A DNA stretch of 59,357 nt, taken from a virus. Its lineage: Duplodnaviria > Caudoviricetes. Every line of letters begins with the position of its first letter. Position 1 is the first letter of the stretch. The DNA lies in the IMG/VR virus record IMGVR_UViG_3300042486_000337, positions 1-59,357 of that record; one strand, given 5' to 3'. Below are positions 32,671 through 43,501 of the stretch, in pieces. The position numbers and the translations under genes are program-made. The notes beneath the pieces are model-generated. The model worked only from the letters and a program-made list of their open reading frames with translations. It was not told the origin of the DNA and did no database searches.

Positions 32671-33396
32671 TTATTTTCCTAAATAATCGGTTAACTTCCT
32701 CATTAAGTCAACCCCTTTCGATTGAAATTCTGAATTTTCCGGTGATTTATATTTTTTTTCTTCTTCTAAATTCTCTTCATATCTTTCTCTATCCTCAGGT
32801 TTATTGAATAAATAAGCTCCCGGTGTTGATGGAGATGAAACTAAGTCAAAACAAATTAATTCAAAATCATCCTGAACTTCATTTCTTTCACCGACCTTCT
32901 TCAAAGAACCTACCCCTCTTGAAGAAACTCCCATAGTTACACCTTGTCTCATAAGGTTAGCCGCTTGGTCTCCTTTGGTGGATACGATACCTCTTTCGTG
33001 GAATCCCGGTGATGTTAATAATTTAAGTTTTCCCATCAATATATTTTTGTCCCACCAAATATCTGTAATGATGTGAGATACTCGGTCCAAATCGATTAAA
33101 GATGATTCCGGGTGATTAAGTTCTGAGGTGGATAATCCTTTTGCGATAGCCTTTTTATAATTATCCGCTTCTCTTTTTAATATCCTTTCAGGGTAAAATC
33201 TTCCATTTCTATTTGGGGTGTCATATTTCTGTAACACAGCATAGAACTCAAACGGATTTCTGTAGTCCAAATTTGCGGATTCTTTTAGAATGTCGGCATT
33301 TCGTATATCTTTTGGTGATACCCATCCTGCGTCCGTTTCGATTAGGATACCGTGACCAATTTCATTTGCTTCTAATATTCGTAATTGTTTCATCAA
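32671..33396 (-). CDS. Prohead protease (T4 gp21-like)
   Basis: NRNGRFYP, ELNHP, GVSSRGVGS, FDLVSSPSTPGA. Confidence 0.92.
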   Translation of the reverse strand: MMKQLRILEANEIGHGILIETDAGWVSPKDIRNADILKESANLDYRNPFEFYAVLQKYDTPNRNGRFYPERILKREADNYKKAIAKGLSTSELNHPESSLIDLDRVSHIITDIWWDKNILMGKLKLLTSPGFHERGIVSTKGDQAANLMRQGVTMGVSSRGVGSLKKVGERNEVQDDFELICFDLVSSPSTPGAYLFNKPEDRERYEENLEEEKKYKSPENSEFQSKGVDLMRKLTDYLGK

Positions 33397-33430
33397 TAGT
33401 TTTTAAGATAAATATATCAATATATTATCT

Positions 33431-33862
33431 TTATTTATTTTTTGATGAAGAAAAAGTAAAGAATTCGTTTTCCGTTACATTTTCTCTTACAATATTTTTA
33501 ATTATTTCTTTAATAGATTCTTTTAATTCAGGACATTTAAAGTCAATCTCTTTCGTTGGATACAAATTAACTTCTAAATTTAAGAATGACTTTTTTCCGG
33601 GAGATAAACCACTACTTCTTAAATCTAAATCAACGATTGTATAGTCTTTAAATAAATCTTTATCGATTGAATTAAAAACAGAAGTTTTGATTTCTTTATT
33701 TAAATTACTAACAATTCGACTCCAATTATTGTAGTCTGATTTTGGGGATACCCATGTTTGAATGTTTATGTATATTGATTTTAAGTTTGTGGAATCTACG
33801 GTACCATACACCGATTTAATTGGATTAAATAGGTTTAACCTTACACTTTTTCCTTTTTTCAT
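33431..33862 (-). CDS. Hypothetical protein
   Basis: ORF in head module. Confidence 0.65.
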   Translation of the reverse strand: MKKGKSVRLNLFNPIKSVYGTVDSTNLKSIYINIQTWVSPKSDYNNWSRIVSNLNKEIKTSVFNSIDKDLFKDYTIVDLDLRSSGLSPGKKSFLNLEVNLYPTKEIDFKCPELKESIKEIIKNIVRENVTENEFFTFSSSKNK

Positions 33863-33958
33863 TCATAATTTATATTACTCATGTTTATTTTTTAAAAAAA
33901 TAACAAAAAAAATGATAATAGTCAAAGATTTTTCAAATATTCGATATATTTGTAATAT

Positions 33959-34147
33959 ATGATAATAGTAAAAGTAACAAACGACGGAATTGAGAAAGCA
34001 TTAAAAGCTTATAAATACAAAGTTAACAAAACTCAACAAAATAAAATTCTTTTAAGTAAGAAAGAATTTGTTAAAAAATCTATTGTGAGGAGAACGCAGA
34101 TACAGAAAGCATCTTTTACTCAAAAAATTAAAAACTCTTTAGATTGA
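33959..34147 (+). CDS. rpsU: Phage-encoded ribosomal protein bS21
   Basis: IEKALKAYKYKV...EFVKKSIVRRTQIQKA matches the Bacteroidota bS21 pattern; antisense within the head module. Confidence 0.88.
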   Translation: MIIVKVTNDGIEKALKAYKYKVNKTQQNKILLSKKEFVKKSIVRRTQIQKASFTQKIKNSLD

Positions 34148-34840
34148 TTCTTCTAAAGTTTTTAACTTAAGAAAATTTAATTGGTCGAATTTTTCTGTTT
34201 TTAATTTATCTATTGTTTCTGATAATTTTGTTTTTAATTCGAACTCTTTTTCGTTTTCCAACATAGTGTTAAGTTTATTAATCGCACTTTCTCGGATAGT
34301 TTCAAACTTAGTCTCAAGAGTTTTTGTGTCTTCAGAAATTAATTTAATAAATTCTTTTTTAGATGATTCGTCTAATGACTCAATATATTTTTGTAATGTT
34401 TGATTCGCAATACTTACCATTGATTTTAATGGTATATTAATCGATTCTTTAATCGTGTCTTCGGTTTGAGTAACTAATGTATTAAGAATACTCTTTTTTG
34501 AATTTACTCTTTCTAATAAATTCAATTTTTTAGAATAAACAAGTGAATCAATATCAGAATATTTGTTTATGATATTTTCCGATAAGGTTTTCGGTAATTT
34601 AATATTTGGTAATATTTGTTGGATTAGTGTAATACCTTCCTCTAAAAAATCTTTTGCATCAGATTCATTTAACCCTTGAGGTAAACTCAATTGGTCATAC
34701 AATGAATATAACTTTGACATATGTTTATTATTCAAAACATTTTGTTTGAATTCTCTTAAAAATTTTTTGAACTCCTTTTCATTATTATAGGATTCAATAA
34801 GATTTTTCTCTATTAAAGATTTAAATTGTCCGAAAGTCAT
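34139..34840 (-). CDS. Hypothetical protein
   Basis: ORF downstream of portal. Confidence 0.7.
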   Translation of the reverse strand: MTFGQFKSLIEKNLIESYNNEKEFKKFLREFKQNVLNNKHMSKLYSLYDQLSLPQGLNESDAKDFLEEGITLIQQILPNIKLPKTLSENIINKYSDIDSLVYSKKLNLLERVNSKKSILNTLVTQTEDTIKESINIPLKSMVSIANQTLQKYIESLDESSKKEFIKLISEDTKTLETKFETIRESAINKLNTMLENEKEFELKTKLSETIDKLKTEKFDQLNFLKLKTLEESI

Positions 34841-34864
34841 TATAGTACATTTTGTTTATAAATA

Positions 34865-36712
34865 TTATGAATTTAATAACTTATCCAATTCTTTTGAAAT
34901 TTCTCCCAAAGAATCTTGACCTTGACCTAAATCAAGGATTTTGGAACCTTCTAAAAAATTCGTCTCAATCAATAAATTCATATTTTTATTTTTTGATTCT
35001 GGTGTTACTTCCGCTTCTCCTCCCATTGGTGGTGGAGGCGTTTCTTCTCCTCCCATTGGTGGTTCTTCTCCTCCCATTGGTGGTAATCCTCCCATATCGC
35101 CTCCCATTGGTGGTTCTTCTCCTTCAGGTGGAGTTTCTCCCGGAGCAGTAGGTTTTCCATTGTTACCATACAACTTGTCAATATTATCGAATATACCTGT
35201 TTTAGAAATAACCGTAGGTGTTGCTTTAAGTTCTTCACCAACCGCTCTTTCAATTCTTTGTTGTTGTAAATCCAATCTAATTTCTTCATCAGACCATCCG
35301 AATATATGTTTCTTAGCCCACGTTGATGATGTCGGTTGGATACCATTTCCTGGGTCTGCAACTAAATCTTTATATAATAAAACTTTTTCTTTCCAAACAT
35401 CGATTTTTAGTAAATCTGCTTGTGTAGATGGGTTAGTTAGTCCTAATGTAAAGTTTTGTAATTCATCCTCAAAACCTAACAAGAATAGATGAATGATTGC
35501 AATTTTGTTTAACTCCGCAATCATACTTTTTTGAATTCTATTAATAGTTCTCGCAAAACGAATATCTTGTAATGATAAGTTTTTACCATCACCAACAACT
35601 TCCTCAAATCCTAAAAATGCTTTAGGAACACGAAGTGCTGTTAATAATTTCTTTTGAATGTATTCTATATCAGCAATCTCCGATAAATTTGTCGCTCCTG
35701 GTAATGTTGAGATTGGGTCTGGTGCTGCAGGGTCACGAACAGGAATAAAATAATCTTGGTCAACTGCCATTTGGTTAAATCTCATATCGACATTACCTGT
35801 CTTTGAATCTACAACTTGTTCTCTTTTAAATTTGTTTGCAACACGATTAACATATGCTTCAACATCATCATCGTTCATGTTCCCAACAAATACTTTAAAC
35901 AATTTTCTTTCAGGTGCTCTTGATGTACGATAAATTAACATCGCGTCTTCAGATAACAATAATTGTTTCCAAATACGTCTTGCTTTTTCCAACATAGAAG
36001 TACCATAAGGAAGTTTTCGGTCATCACCCAATAATCTAAAATGGGCAACTTCCCATGATTGGAATTCCATATTTCTATTTTTCCAAGTAAAGTGAAGGGC
36101 TTTTTTATCCTCATCTTTTTCTTTTGTAATATCTTGTGAAATTCTACCTGAAACACCAATTTCATGTCTTTCAATTTCAATTGTTGGTAATTGTTGACAA
36201 CCAATAATACCTTTTTCAGGGTCTAATTTTAAGTAAACGAAGTTATCACCATATTTACACGTGTTTCTTGTCCACATTGGTAAATTGGTATTAATATCAA
36301 GGGAATTATTGAATAAATCTGCTAAAACAGATTTAATTCTTTTTGATTCTGAATAAATATGAAGAATAAACCCGTCTTCATTTGTCGTTGTGGATTCTTC
36401 AGAATATATATCCAACGCCGCGGAAATTTCCGGAGTATATTCCATAGATTCGTAATCGTATTGGGCCGATAATCTTGTTGGTTCGTAATATATTGCTTGA
36501 GAATATAAATTATTTTCAACTTTAGCCCATTGGTTTGTTAAATAATATGTTTGTTGGGCTTGAAGTTTTTCTCTTTCAAAATCATCTCTATTTGTTGTTC
36601 TTAAAAGTTCTTTTTTATCAAACTTAAAAGTTGGGTAGTCTTGTTTTAATAAAGAGTTTGGTCCGAATGTTTTGGATAACCTTTGCCAGACCGTAAGATT
36701 GTTTTCGCTCAT
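34865..36712 (-). CDS. Portal protein (T4 gp20-like)
   Basis: EDAMLIYRTSRAPERKLF.V.VGN, DYFIP, LPGA.NL, ALRVP; PPMGG-repeat tail. Confidence 0.93.
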   Translation of the reverse strand: MSENNLTVWQRLSKTFGPNSLLKQDYPTFKFDKKELLRTTNRDDFEREKLQAQQTYYLTNQWAKVENNLYSQAIYYEPTRLSAQYDYESMEYTPEISAALDIYSEESTTTNEDGFILHIYSESKRIKSVLADLFNNSLDINTNLPMWTRNTCKYGDNFVYLKLDPEKGIIGCQQLPTIEIERHEIGVSGRISQDITKEKDEDKKALHFTWKNRNMEFQSWEVAHFRLLGDDRKLPYGTSMLEKARRIWKQLLLSEDAMLIYRTSRAPERKLFKVFVGNMNDDDVEAYVNRVANKFKREQVVDSKTGNVDMRFNQMAVDQDYFIPVRDPAAPDPISTLPGATNLSEIADIEYIQKKLLTALRVPKAFLGFEEVVGDGKNLSLQDIRFARTINRIQKSMIAELNKIAIIHLFLLGFEDELQNFTLGLTNPSTQADLLKIDVWKEKVLLYKDLVADPGNGIQPTSSTWAKKHIFGWSDEEIRLDLQQQRIERAVGEELKATPTVISKTGIFDNIDKLYGNNGKPTAPGETPPEGEEPPMGGDMGGLPPMGGEEPPMGGEETPPPPMGGEAEVTPESKNKNMNLLIETNFLEGSKILDLGQGQDSLGEISKELDKLLNS

Positions 36713-36749
36713 AATATAAATTTACTAATTACCTTGATAATATAAATAG

Positions 36750-36788
36750 TTACCTAGTATCAAATAACCAAATGTATTTTTGGTAACC
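36750..36788 (-). pseudogene. Remnant duplicate of terminase 3' end
   Basis: Reads GYQKYIWLFDTR* versus terminase DYQKYGWLFGSR*; no in-frame start. Confidence 0.6.
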
Positions 36789-36923
36789 TTTGAATATTTA
36801 CATTAATAAGACATTTTTGCAATAATTTGACATTACACATAATGAGACAACAAGAATATAAAAAAAAAAATACTGAATATAATTCAGTAGATGGATTATT
36901 TTCAACAGAAATTAATGGTGAAT

Positions 36924-37283
36924 TTATAATAATCTGCTTTTAAATTTTAAAACTCCATCAATTGCGATTGCCCCAAACAACAAAACAAACTTATCTTCAT
37001 TAATATGTTTAATAATGTCTTCTATTGAATTATTGTCGTCAACAGAATATACGTTTACCCCATACTTAACAACGGGTAAAGTACAAACTAATAATTTATC
37101 ATTGGATAGTAACGGGTTAATTTTATTTAAACATTCTTGTGATAAACCTTCATTTATTTCTCCATTGTTTAATTGATAGAGTATTGTTTGTGTAAATTCT
37201 TGTTTTTTATATTGTTCTTCAACAATAAATAAATCGGTATCAAATGACTCAGTCTTATATAAATTATTAATAGTATTTTCCAT
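36924..37283 (-). CDS. Hypothetical protein (inserted between terminase and portal)
   Basis: ORF. Confidence 0.6.
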   Translation of the reverse strand: MENTINNLYKTESFDTDLFIVEEQYKKQEFTQTILYQLNNGEINEGLSQECLNKINPLLSNDKLLVCTLPVVKYGVNVYSVDDNNSIEDIIKHINEDKFVLLFGAIAIDGVLKFKSRLL

Positions 37284-37337
37284 ATATTTTATAGTATTAA
37301 AATATAAATTAACTTGTTTCCTCAGTAATGTAAATAC

Positions 37338-39101
37338 TTATCGTGAACCAAATAACCATCCATATTTTTGATAATCACCCTTTGTCGCATCACCGTTATT
37401 ACTTAAATTACCATTCCTACCCATTTGAGGAACCATAGGGTTGAAAAAATCAGATGAGTTTTTATTTTCATTTACGGTCGTCGCCCATGAATTTAACATC
37501 GCTTTTGTATGATTGGTAACTTTTTCTATTGATTGGAATGACTTTTCCGCAACATATAACGCCATGGATACAGACATAATACAATCATCATGATGACCTT
37601 TTTGGTGGTCGGGTCTACCATTCACATAGACAAACGTATTCATTTCATTGTATAGTCTATTTGAGTATACTTTGAACCCATGTCTAACGCCTTCTTCAAA
37701 CGCTGCGATAATCTGAACTCTTTTTGAATTAAAGTTAATACCAGGTATTTTATCGTTTATTTTCGGGTCCCATTTCCACTTATTACTTGTGTCAACATTA
37801 TCAACATATAAACCTCCTTGATAATTTAACTCTTGTAGTTTTCTTGCGGTGGAAATTCCCATACCTCCGGTGATATCAATCACACAATAGGCATTATACA
37901 TTGTTCCCCATTTATACGCAATCTCCGCCAACACATCAGGTGGAACTTTTGAAACATATTCCAATACTTGTTCTCTGGTGTCAAAATCAATAATCTGTAT
38001 ACACGAGAAATCTTCAGAATCTCCTCTTGACACATCGACTCCCATAACATATTTATGACCATTCACAGGTTCTTCAAATATCCATAACGAACCACCCATA
38101 AGTTTAGCTCGTGGTTCACGTAACATATTTTTTGAAATATTCTGCATTAATTCAGACTCAAATACGTTATCACCGGAACCCAAGAAGTTACATTCTAACT
38201 CTTGAGCCACCTTTCTTCGGTCAAACTTTAACTTTTTAACCATACCCTCAAACCATGCGGAACATGGTTTATATCCTTGAGATATATAATCAGTTACAAC
38301 CGAATGGTCTCTTTCATACGGATTTTCCATCGATAAATTGATAATATCTTTTTCAGAATATTCTTCTCGATTTAACAAGTAATGAACTAAGTCATTGGTT
38401 TTAACCATATACAAATCTTTTGTATATCTCGGGTCACGATACCAAAACATTTCAGATATTTTGAAATCGTTCATATTTCTTAATGATTGGTCGTAAATTT
38501 CGTAATAAATCGGGTCGTATCCGTTTGGAGTGGATACCACAATAACTTTACCCCCTGTAGATAAGGACGCCATACACGCTGACCAAAAGTCTGAATCCGC
38601 TTCGATAAACGCCGCCTCGTCAAATACAAGAATGGTTGGGGTATAACCCCTCAAGGCATCTTTTGATGTTGCTACCGCCTTTACTTCACAATCATTACTA
38701 AGTTTAAAGTGTCTTTGCGAGTTTTTTTCTTTTGAGAAAGTAACTCCGACCCATGCCGGCCATTGTTCGGTAAATCCTCTCACCTTATTGGCCATCTCAA
38801 CTGATGTGTCCAATTTGTTGGCAATGATTAGGATTTTTTCAGGTTTGTTTTTCTTCGCAAAAACTAATCTTTTTGATATCCAAGCGGCGGTAACTGTGGA
38901 TACACCCGCCTGACGATACTTTAACGCAATATTCTCGTTATACCTATCGTAATCTTCTATTAAACTGACTTGGTCGGGGAATAAGTCCAATGGGACGTAT
39001 TTGGATACGGTATTATCGTAAGTTTGTAAGTAAGTTCGAAGTGCGTAAGGAGTATTCCTCATACACTTCGTAACTTCAATTATTAATTGTTCTCTGTTCA
39101 C
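37338..39101 (-). CDS. Terminase large subunit (T4 gp17-like)
   Basis: KYRQAGVST, DEAAF, STPNG, GVDVSRG, HDD; GTG start. Confidence 0.93.
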   Translation of the reverse strand: MNREQLIIEVTKCMRNTPYALRTYLQTYDNTVSKYVPLDLFPDQVSLIEDYDRYNENIALKYRQAGVSTVTAAWISKRLVFAKKNKPEKILIIANKLDTSVEMANKVRGFTEQWPAWVGVTFSKEKNSQRHFKLSNDCEVKAVATSKDALRGYTPTILVFDEAAFIEADSDFWSACMASLSTGGKVIVVSTPNGYDPIYYEIYDQSLRNMNDFKISEMFWYRDPRYTKDLYMVKTNDLVHYLLNREEYSEKDIINLSMENPYERDHSVVTDYISQGYKPCSAWFEGMVKKLKFDRRKVAQELECNFLGSGDNVFESELMQNISKNMLREPRAKLMGGSLWIFEEPVNGHKYVMGVDVSRGDSEDFSCIQIIDFDTREQVLEYVSKVPPDVLAEIAYKWGTMYNAYCVIDITGGMGISTARKLQELNYQGGLYVDNVDTSNKWKWDPKINDKIPGINFNSKRVQIIAAFEEGVRHGFKVYSNRLYNEMNTFVYVNGRPDHQKGHHDDCIMSVSMALYVAEKSFQSIEKVTNHTKAMLNSWATTVNENKNSSDFFNPMVPQMGRNGNLSNNGDATKGDYQKYGWLFGSR

Positions 39102-39104
39102 ACA

Positions 39105-40433
39105 TTAATTTCTTGGTGCTCTAGGTATCCCTAAGTCACTTAAAAAGTCATCTAACATGTCATCATCGTCATCGTTAGAATCGTTTGAATCATCATCCTC
39201 AGATTCATAACCTTGACTTTCTTTATAATCTTCAAACTGTTGTTTCAAAACCATTGCTTCTTTAACGATTTCTTTAAATCTGTTTGTTGCTAGTTTGACT
39301 TTTGATTTATCGTCAGAAATTACATTTCCAATTACTTCTAAAAACTCTTTAGCTTCTATCCGGTATAATAAGATGTGAAAATAGTTAATCAACCCTTTAT
39401 TGTCAGGGTCGAACATTTCATCTGGTAATGCAAATCTAATTCTCTCAACTATTTCAGGCCCAATCCTTAATTGCATTGGTTCGTTACTTAAAGTGTCTGT
39501 TTGACCTAAAACTTTATTCGCTAATTTTGGGTCTTTAGGATACCCGTATTTTCCTTTGGCTTCTTCTAAACCTTTTATAATCTCATGACAAAGTATTGGA
39601 AATATAAGACCTGTCGCAATGATTTTAATATCAGGTTGGTTCTCACCACCTTCACCACCTTCACCATCTTCATCCTTATCAGCATTACCTAATTCAACTT
39701 TACCTGCAATTCCTTGACCTGTTTTACTCATCATTTCAATCATTTGTTCCATAGTAAAATACAGGAAATCGTTGATTGCCATAATACCTAAATAATCATT
39801 ATATAATGATGGATTAATTGCGTCTAATCTTGATTTTATTTCCGGTTTTTGGAAAAGGTAATGACCTTTTTTTGCTGCACCTTGAATAATCGCATTGATA
39901 ATGTTTCTCTTATGTTTTTCTAACTCTAAAATTTCTTCATCAGTCAAATCTTCAATATCAAAAGATGGAAAACTTGGTTTATTTTCCTCATCATCTTCTT
40001 CCTCGTCTTCCTCGTCTTCAGGTTCAAATCTAAAATTAGATGTGTCCGGCATACCTAAATTAGCTTCAATTTGATACCGGTCTTGAGGTGTTTCACTTTC
40101 ATCCAAAGAAGCTTCAATTGCCAATTGAATTAATTCATCTCTATGTCTAGCCTCAATACTCATAATATTAGGAACTTTTCTCATCATCTCTTGATAAACC
40201 ATTAGTTGAACTTGTTGAGAACTAAGGTCTTCAATTCCGGTTACTTGACTTAATTTTTGAGCAACTTTCTGAAACCTTTTACTAACCAATTTTTGAACAT
40301 CCTCACTACCTCCTCTTAATGCAGGATTACTTGCATAAAGATTTTCAGGACTAACTAATTTTTGTACCAAGTACGGGTCCATTCTTTCGGGTCTATCCCC
40401 ATAATCTATTTGTTCGTTGAATTTCTTTCTCAT
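39105..40433 (-). CDS. Hypothetical protein
   Basis: 442-aa ORF with acidic tracts. Confidence 0.7.
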   Translation of the reverse strand: MRKKFNEQIDYGDRPERMDPYLVQKLVSPENLYASNPALRGGSEDVQKLVSKRFQKVAQKLSQVTGIEDLSSQQVQLMVYQEMMRKVPNIMSIEARHRDELIQLAIEASLDESETPQDRYQIEANLGMPDTSNFRFEPEDEEDEEEDDEENKPSFPSFDIEDLTDEEILELEKHKRNIINAIIQGAAKKGHYLFQKPEIKSRLDAINPSLYNDYLGIMAINDFLYFTMEQMIEMMSKTGQGIAGKVELGNADKDEDGEGGEGGENQPDIKIIATGLIFPILCHEIIKGLEEAKGKYGYPKDPKLANKVLGQTDTLSNEPMQLRIGPEIVERIRFALPDEMFDPDNKGLINYFHILLYRIEAKEFLEVIGNVISDDKSKVKLATNRFKEIVKEAMVLKQQFEDYKESQGYESEDDDSNDSNDDDDDMLDDFLSDLGIPRAPRN

Positions 40434-40436
40434 ATA

Positions 40437-41378
40437 TTATTTTTCTAAAATTTTCATTATTGTGTCAATTACTTTTTCTTTTGCAGTCTCGGGGTTAATT
40501 TTACCCGCCTTTGGAACTGGTTTAACCGCCGGTGCGGGATTTTTTCCCGGATTAAATGGTTTTTCTTTTGGTGTTGTTGTTGGTTTTGTTGTTGGTCTCG
40601 TTGCCGGTTTTGCCGGAGCAGTTGCCTGTTCTTTTGTCTCTCTTTTTTTAGCCTTTGGAGCTGGTTTAACCGCCGGTGCGGGATTTTTTCCCGGATTAAA
40701 TGGTTTTTCTTTCGGCTTTTCTGTTGGTTTAGTACTTGGTCTTGTTGCTGGTTTTGCCGGTGCCGGTGCAGTTGCCTGTTCTTTAGTTTCACGTCTCTTA
40801 ACATTAGGAGACACTGGTTTCTTACCTAAATCTGTTTTTCTTTTAGGTGAAGCAGGTTCACCTGCCGGCTGAGATTCAGAGATTACTTTTAATAAATCAC
40901 CTTTTGTTATTCTTGGAGGTAAATGTTTTTCCACAATTTTTTCTATTTTAGTTTCAAGGAACAAAGATAATGGATTTTTTCCTTCTTTCAATTGTTTTTT
41001 TACCGCCATCACACATCTTTCAAATTTTCTTGTCTTTTTAGGACCTACTTGTGCGTGACAAATGGCCCAAGGATTTGGCCCATCTTTATAATCTTTTTCA
41101 AAAATACCCATACCATCTTCAGTTGCGTCTGGGTCATTAACCACATTTAAAGTATCATCTTCTTCAATTTCTTTTTCGGTCATAGTCACTGACACTCCTT
41201 TAGCATTCATATCTTTAGCGATTTGAGCGGCATTTGGGTTTTTACTACTAACCTTTACTTCCGTCTCACTTATCATTCTTGAATACAAAACATTAATTTG
41301 TGTTTCAGTTAATTTACTAACCGTTTTGGATGATAAACCTTTATCTATCAATTTAAGGGCTTTTCTGTTAATTCTCAT
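40437..41378 (-). CDS. Hypothetical protein with Pro/Lys/Ala-rich tandem duplication
   Basis: Two copies of ETKEQATAPA..KPATRP..PKEKPFNPGKNPAPAVKP. Confidence 0.7.
   Translation of the reverse strand: MRINRKALKLIDKGLSSKTVSKLTETQINVLYSRMISETEVKVSSKNPNAAQIAKDMNAKGVSVTMTEKEIEEDDTLNVVNDPDATEDGMGIFEKDYKDGPNPWAICHAQVGPKKTRKFERCVMAVKKQLKEGKNPLSLFLETKIEKIVEKHLPPRITKGDLLKVISESQPAGEPASPKRKTDLGKKPVSPNVKRRETKEQATAPAPAKPATRPSTKPTEKPKEKPFNPGKNPAPAVKPAPKAKKRETKEQATAPAKPATRPTTKPTTTPKEKPFNPGKNPAPAVKPVPKAGKINPETAKEKVIDTIMKILEK
40517..40790. repeat. Intragenic tandem duplication (period about 144 bp)
   Basis: ctggtttaaccgccggtgcgggattttttcccggattaaatggtttttcttt at 40517 and 40661. Confidence 0.85.
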
Positions 41379-41763
41379 ATATTAATTTTTTTTCAAATTC
41401 TAATACTAAATCTCGTTCATTTAGTTTGTTTTTTATTTCATCTTCAGAACAACCAAATCTAAATACTAATCTTTTTTGTCCTTCTGTTTCATCTTGCTCC
41501 CACGCTAAGGCAACCACATCATCCATCGAGTCTATCATAGAAAAAAAATCGGAGTTTTGAATTAATTCTAATTTAACATCAGTATTTCTCAAAACTCCTA
41601 CTCTCTTAATATATTGTAATTCGGGTGGTGACGGATATCCATTGCAAGGTTTATTTTCCCACGATTCTCCCCAAACATCCAAACTATCCGAAAAAATGAA
41701 TTCGTATAAATTATCTCCTTTATAGTTAGGACCAAGTCCATTAACATAAATTAAATAACTCAT
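41368..41763 (-). CDS. Hypothetical protein
   Basis: Coupled ORF. Confidence 0.7.
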   Translation of the reverse strand: MSYLIYVNGLGPNYKGDNLYEFIFSDSLDVWGESWENKPCNGYPSPPELQYIKRVGVLRNTDVKLELIQNSDFFSMIDSMDDVVALAWEQDETEGQKRLVFRFGCSEDEIKNKLNERDLVLEFEKKLIYEN

Positions 41764-43481
41764 ATAATTTCTCCTGTCGGTGTAATTTTAATTTGTCCTT
41801 TTTTAGTTTCAAAAACTAAATTCTTTTTATTTGTTTTTCCAACAAAATTACAACCCGTATTTTCTTTTAAAAATTTCTCAGCTGACAATTCTTGCTCAAC
41901 AGTTTCGGTCATTTTAACAACAGAATCCATTATTTGTTTTACTTGAGTTTTTTTTCTTAAAGTCTTTTCAACTTGTTTTTCTTGACTCTCTCTAATTTCT
42001 TTTTTTGTATGTTCGAAATATTTTGAAATAACTTTATCAACTTTTGACTCTCCGAATATACCATCAAATATTGCTCCATTCCCTTGGTTATCTTTACTGA
42101 TTGATTTTCTTGGGTTAATTTTTAATGGATGCTCGTTGTCTTTTCTATTTTTTCTATTTAATTCAAATTCGTAATCTTCACCACTCATTTGATTATTAAG
42201 ACTGTCTAACCATTCTGATTCAAAAGTATCTTCAAAATCATCATCATCACCTCTTTTACTAAATAACCATTTATATTCATCAAATTCTTCATTATCATAA
42301 TCATACGAATCATCTTCATCCATTTCAGATTTTCTGGTTTTCACTTTAAATGGTCTTCCTGTTTTTTCTTTATAAAGATTAAACATTCTTTCACCACTTG
42401 TTCCACCAAACCATTTTTGTTTGTCTCCGTATTTGTCATATAATTGTTGGAAAGTTTCAAATTCTTCAGTATCAAAATTATCATCTCCACCAATTCCCAT
42501 TATATCAAAATCTTTAGCAGGTCTATCGTTTTCATCATAATAATTGTCACCTCTGAAATCTTTTCTTCTCATATTACCGAATGAACCGTACATATCTTCG
42601 TCCATTTCACCTTCCATTGGAATGTCCATATCCGCCTGAATATCTTCAACTTCACTATCATCAGTCATGTCTTCTCCGTCCATATCATCACCACCCAAAT
42701 CTTCAGTATCTTCTTCAAATTTAGACAAGATATCTTCAGTATCTTCTTCAGATAATGAATTTAAATCAAATGAAGATAATACCATGTTGATAACATACTT
42801 GATGTCTTCTGAAGTCATTCCTTCTTGACTTTCAAGAGTTCTAATTTTTTGAGTTAATTTACCTGTAAGTTTTTGAATGGATTTGAAAGTAACTTGACTT
42901 TCATTATCTCCGTCTACCTCAACATCAATATCTTCTACTTCAGTATCCATTCCCATATCTTCACCTTCAGGGGATTCCATTCCCATGTCATCCATTCCCA
43001 TATCTTCACCTCCATCCATTGGTGATGGTGGTAATTCAGGTGATGGAACCGCTGGTGGTTCCGCCGGTGGAGCCGGAGCTTCAATTGCCGGTGTTGCAGG
43101 TTTTGGTGTTTTTAATGTGAATTTTTTTTGTTCACCATATAATGAAAGACCTTCTTCGTTCTCATTAATTCGATTTAATTCACCCGCCAAAAGGTTCAAT
43201 CTTTTAAAGGCTTGAGAATATGATGAATAATATTTTCTATTTTTCATCGGTTCAATATAATCAGTTTCTGACTCGGTAATTGTTTTTTTAATAATATAAC
43301 CTTGTCTTTCTCTAACAATTTGATAATTGTTTCCGTCCGCAAGAGATATAGAATACTCTGACTTTGCAGTTTCATTAATAGTTTGAGGAATTGTCTCTTT
43401 GAAACGAGCAATTTCCATAATTCTATTTATCTTATCTTGGCCTGTTAGTTTTTCACTACCAATTGGTTTTAATCCTGACAT
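41760..43481 (-). CDS. Hypothetical acidic protein
   Basis: 573-aa ORF with D/E/M- and Pro-rich segments. Confidence 0.7.
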   Translation of the reverse strand: MSGLKPIGSEKLTGQDKINRIMEIARFKETIPQTINETAKSEYSISLADGNNYQIVRERQGYIIKKTITESETDYIEPMKNRKYYSSYSQAFKRLNLLAGELNRINENEEGLSLYGEQKKFTLKTPKPATPAIEAPAPPAEPPAVPSPELPPSPMDGGEDMGMDDMGMESPEGEDMGMDTEVEDIDVEVDGDNESQVTFKSIQKLTGKLTQKIRTLESQEGMTSEDIKYVINMVLSSFDLNSLSEEDTEDILSKFEEDTEDLGGDDMDGEDMTDDSEVEDIQADMDIPMEGEMDEDMYGSFGNMRRKDFRGDNYYDENDRPAKDFDIMGIGGDDNFDTEEFETFQQLYDKYGDKQKWFGGTSGERMFNLYKEKTGRPFKVKTRKSEMDEDDSYDYDNEEFDEYKWLFSKRGDDDDFEDTFESEWLDSLNNQMSGEDYEFELNRKNRKDNEHPLKINPRKSISKDNQGNGAIFDGIFGESKVDKVISKYFEHTKKEIRESQEKQVEKTLRKKTQVKQIMDSVVKMTETVEQELSAEKFLKENTGCNFVGKTNKKNLVFETKKGQIKITPTGEII

Positions 43482-43501
43482 ATTTTTATTAGTTTTTTAG
43501 T

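Noticed and set aside
34941-43215. Antisense ORFs 34941-35492, 40417-40872 and 42985-43215
   Set aside because: Shadows of Pro/Gly-rich sense genes
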